Of a stretch of DNA of 64,000 nucleotides, positions 61,369 through 64,000 are shown one piece after another. Positions within the stretch are counted from its first letter, which is position 1. The number at the start of each line of letters is the position of its first letter. Position numbers and translations under genes: made by a program. The notes beneath the pieces were generated by a model, which saw only the letters and a list, made by a program, of their open reading frames with translations, made no database searches and was not told the DNA's origin. This stretch comes from Kudoa neothunni. Its lineage: Eukaryota; Animalia; Cnidaria. The stretch spans positions 1,653,927-1,717,926 of the forward strand of contig OZ199838.1 in NCBI GenBank assembly GCA_964304625.1. Direction: 5' to 3'.

Positions 61369-64000
61369 CATCCAATTATCTAATTCTACTCTCTATGGAT
61401 ATTTTGAATTTTTTCGTGTGTTCTTTTTTTAGCTTTTTATTCTCAAATTTTTTCAATAATAAATAAAGTTGATTTCATATTGAAACAGTATTAATTTTAT
61501 CATTATAACTGTACTAAGCGACCATTCTTCTATTATCCTGTTGAAACGTTTTAATGTCGGAAAAAATGTCAAGGGTGGATAATTATGCTTTCCCTACTTT
61601 AGGGACGTGTTAAAGAAATACAGTGAGGTCTCGATATTGCGCATTAATTCGGGACCTGAGCTTTTAATGCCCAATATGCAATCACTTTCCAATATTGAGT
61701 CTTGGCGCTGCGTTGTAAGAATAAATTTTTTAGTTTTTAAGGAAAAGTGATTTACTTTGTTTGAATTATTTTTTTATGAACACGAATGCCATCGATCTAA
61801 TAATATAAGAGCTTTTCCCTTTTCATTCGCGAATTTTTGATAGACTTTTTAAAATACCAAAAAGAAAGTTTAAGACATCAAACCATTTTTTGATCGTAGT
61901 ATTTAACAGAAAACCATTAATTTCCTTTAATCCAGTCGGTCTCTTTGAAGTTATCAATGAAAATTTATGGAAAATTATTTTCTTGTAAATTTAGATGGCT
62001 ATAACGCGATGGTTGGTTCTTTGAATGTTTCACTTCCTTTTAATTTTACTTATTCTTTATTGCTTATTTTCGTTGAGTGCAATGTTCATAAAAAAGAGCA
62101 GTCTAACCAAGAATTAATGTTTTCTTTTCAAATCTACTTGTTACCAGGGAATTTGTTTTACTGAGCGTTAATAATATTATCATCAACGCTCGCCGCTTTT
62201 CTACGGAGAATGAATTTACAAAACAAGAGCGACTCTTAAAATTTTCAAGCTAGTCTTTGCTTCAACTGAAACCAATAATTTTAAGATCATCAACGAAAGG
62301 TTTGCCTTTTTGGTGATTACAAACTCTAGAATATTTTTCTTTTTTTAGGTTCTGACACCATCCGGTCATATAACTCAATTTCAAATTAGACGTTAGGCAT
62401 ATTTTATATTTGAAATCTTTTTTTACGGTTGGAAGAAACATTGGAGTTAATTATATCAGGTTTATTATGCGAAATAATATTCAGAGAAGATTAACCTATT
62501 CTAATTTGAATAAAACTCACAATAACAGAATATATGATAATCTATGGTACTCTAGACTCATTTATTCGCATTTCATATGGCTTTATTTGAATCATAATAC
62601 TGAATAATTATAATTTTCTGTCCAAATTTCATGTTTTGTTTGCAACGACGACCGCTCGAATGTGTAATTTGGCGGATTAATCGGATCAAAATTGGAAGTA
62701 ATTACCGCCCAGTAGCAAGACGCAAGACCGTGAATTTCCCCAAAATCGTGTCAAAGAAATGTTATTTCATATTTTTGTACATAATGTTAAACTAAGAAAT
62801 TATATACACTACAAAATTTACAACGTTGAATACAGAAGTTTTAAAAAAACGTCAACTACCCTATATCGAGACCTTACTGTAAGTTTAAGATTAATATTAA
62901 ATTTTAAAAGAAATTTGTACAGTAAGAAAAATTATAATCGATAAAAATGCCATGCAAATGTTAAGAAAATCCATGTGATACTTGGTCGACATTATGTGAA
63001 CGAAGTTGGAAATATTGGAATTTAATGAGTAAAATAATCGGCCTACATGAGATCAAAGATTTTACACTTTAACATCATATTAATCCTCATTTTTATCGAA
63101 TAAATGAATATTCTCTGTTCTATTATCTTTATGATATTAATCTAATACATGTAAGACTAATGTTCGTTTGTATGTGTATTTGCTCAGGGTTGCCAGGGCT
63201 TGGGTTTTTCGCCCATGATCTTGTGATTTTTATAGTCACCTTGGGTTCTTGGGGTTTTTTTTCATTTTTTAAAAAATTTTGGGTTTTTATTGAAAACCTG
63301 TAAACATTGAATAATAAAACAAATTTTATTATGTGCGGCTTTAATATTTGTAGAAAGTGGCTATCGACACGGATCATTATATCCAGGTAGTTATAGTATT
63401 GACTGTATCTAATTATTTATTACCCTTAGGAGCGTTAGCGATGAGCAAAAAACAATTACAGCAGATTCTAAAGAATAAACTTTACAGATCAACTATAAAT
63501 ATGGGTTAACGGGATTAAAAACTCTCGTGTAATTAGCCAGTCCCTTAATTTGAAACAAAAATTAATTATTAAAGTTTTCATCTAGCCTCGTATAATTTGC
63601 TCTCTTTTTATAATCTCACTAAAATAAAAATAATTATAATTTCGCTAATCAGGATCATCAAAGGTATCATATTTTGGGAAACTTTTACTTTGAACGAGTT
63701 TTCCCCCGACTCGCCAAGCCAAATGAATACGTACCCATACGTGTATCAACCGAGTATATTTACACTTTCATATTATTGTTCCAGAATTATGTTCTTAATG
63801 TCGGCTTTTACTATAGCTAGGAATTTACGAATGACCAATATTTTGGGAATAAAAACCTTCTTACGAACCCCCAATAAGTTCGTGGCTCCCTTGGAGGTCC
63901 ACAAACCTTAAATTGACGTAATTTAGTTTAAATCGTTCTATAAGTTAATTTGAAATTTTAATATTTTTTGGTGAGTTTAACAATTTTCTCGAAGAAAAAT

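Overview
AT-rich eukaryotic (metazoan) genomic DNA with mostly very short (about 43-100 nt) GT-AG introns and tightly packed, divergent housekeeping genes, separated by blocks of decayed transposons. The style suggests a reduced parasitic animal such as a myxozoan cnidarian, but that is inference. Genes reconstructed by hand-splicing: PSMA4, a shortened NDUFA13, RMND1, a PDHX/E3BP-like gene with no lipoyl domain, a TspO-like multi-pass membrane protein, ERCC6L/PICH, DHPS, WDR12, UNG, RPL18A, an intronless TKT, and tRNA-Thr(AGT). Mobile DNA includes four Merlin/ISXO2 transposase relics, three hAT elements (one with exact TIRs and an 8-bp TSD), piggyBac- and pogo-type deletion derivatives, MITEs and a 16-bp minisatellite. 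There is also a decayed R2/NeSL-type (RT plus restriction-like endonuclease) non-LTR retrotransposon. Three observations stand out. (1) The retroelement starts about 80 bp behind a co-oriented tRNA-Thr gene and ends in a ~245-nt, GC-rich, multi-helix fold overlapping an E2F/CCAAT/TATA promoter-like module. (2) Three mitochondrial-protein genes are separated by only 57-60 bp. (3) The E3-binding protein lacks its lipoyl domain. No database searches were run, and all exon boundaries are manual.
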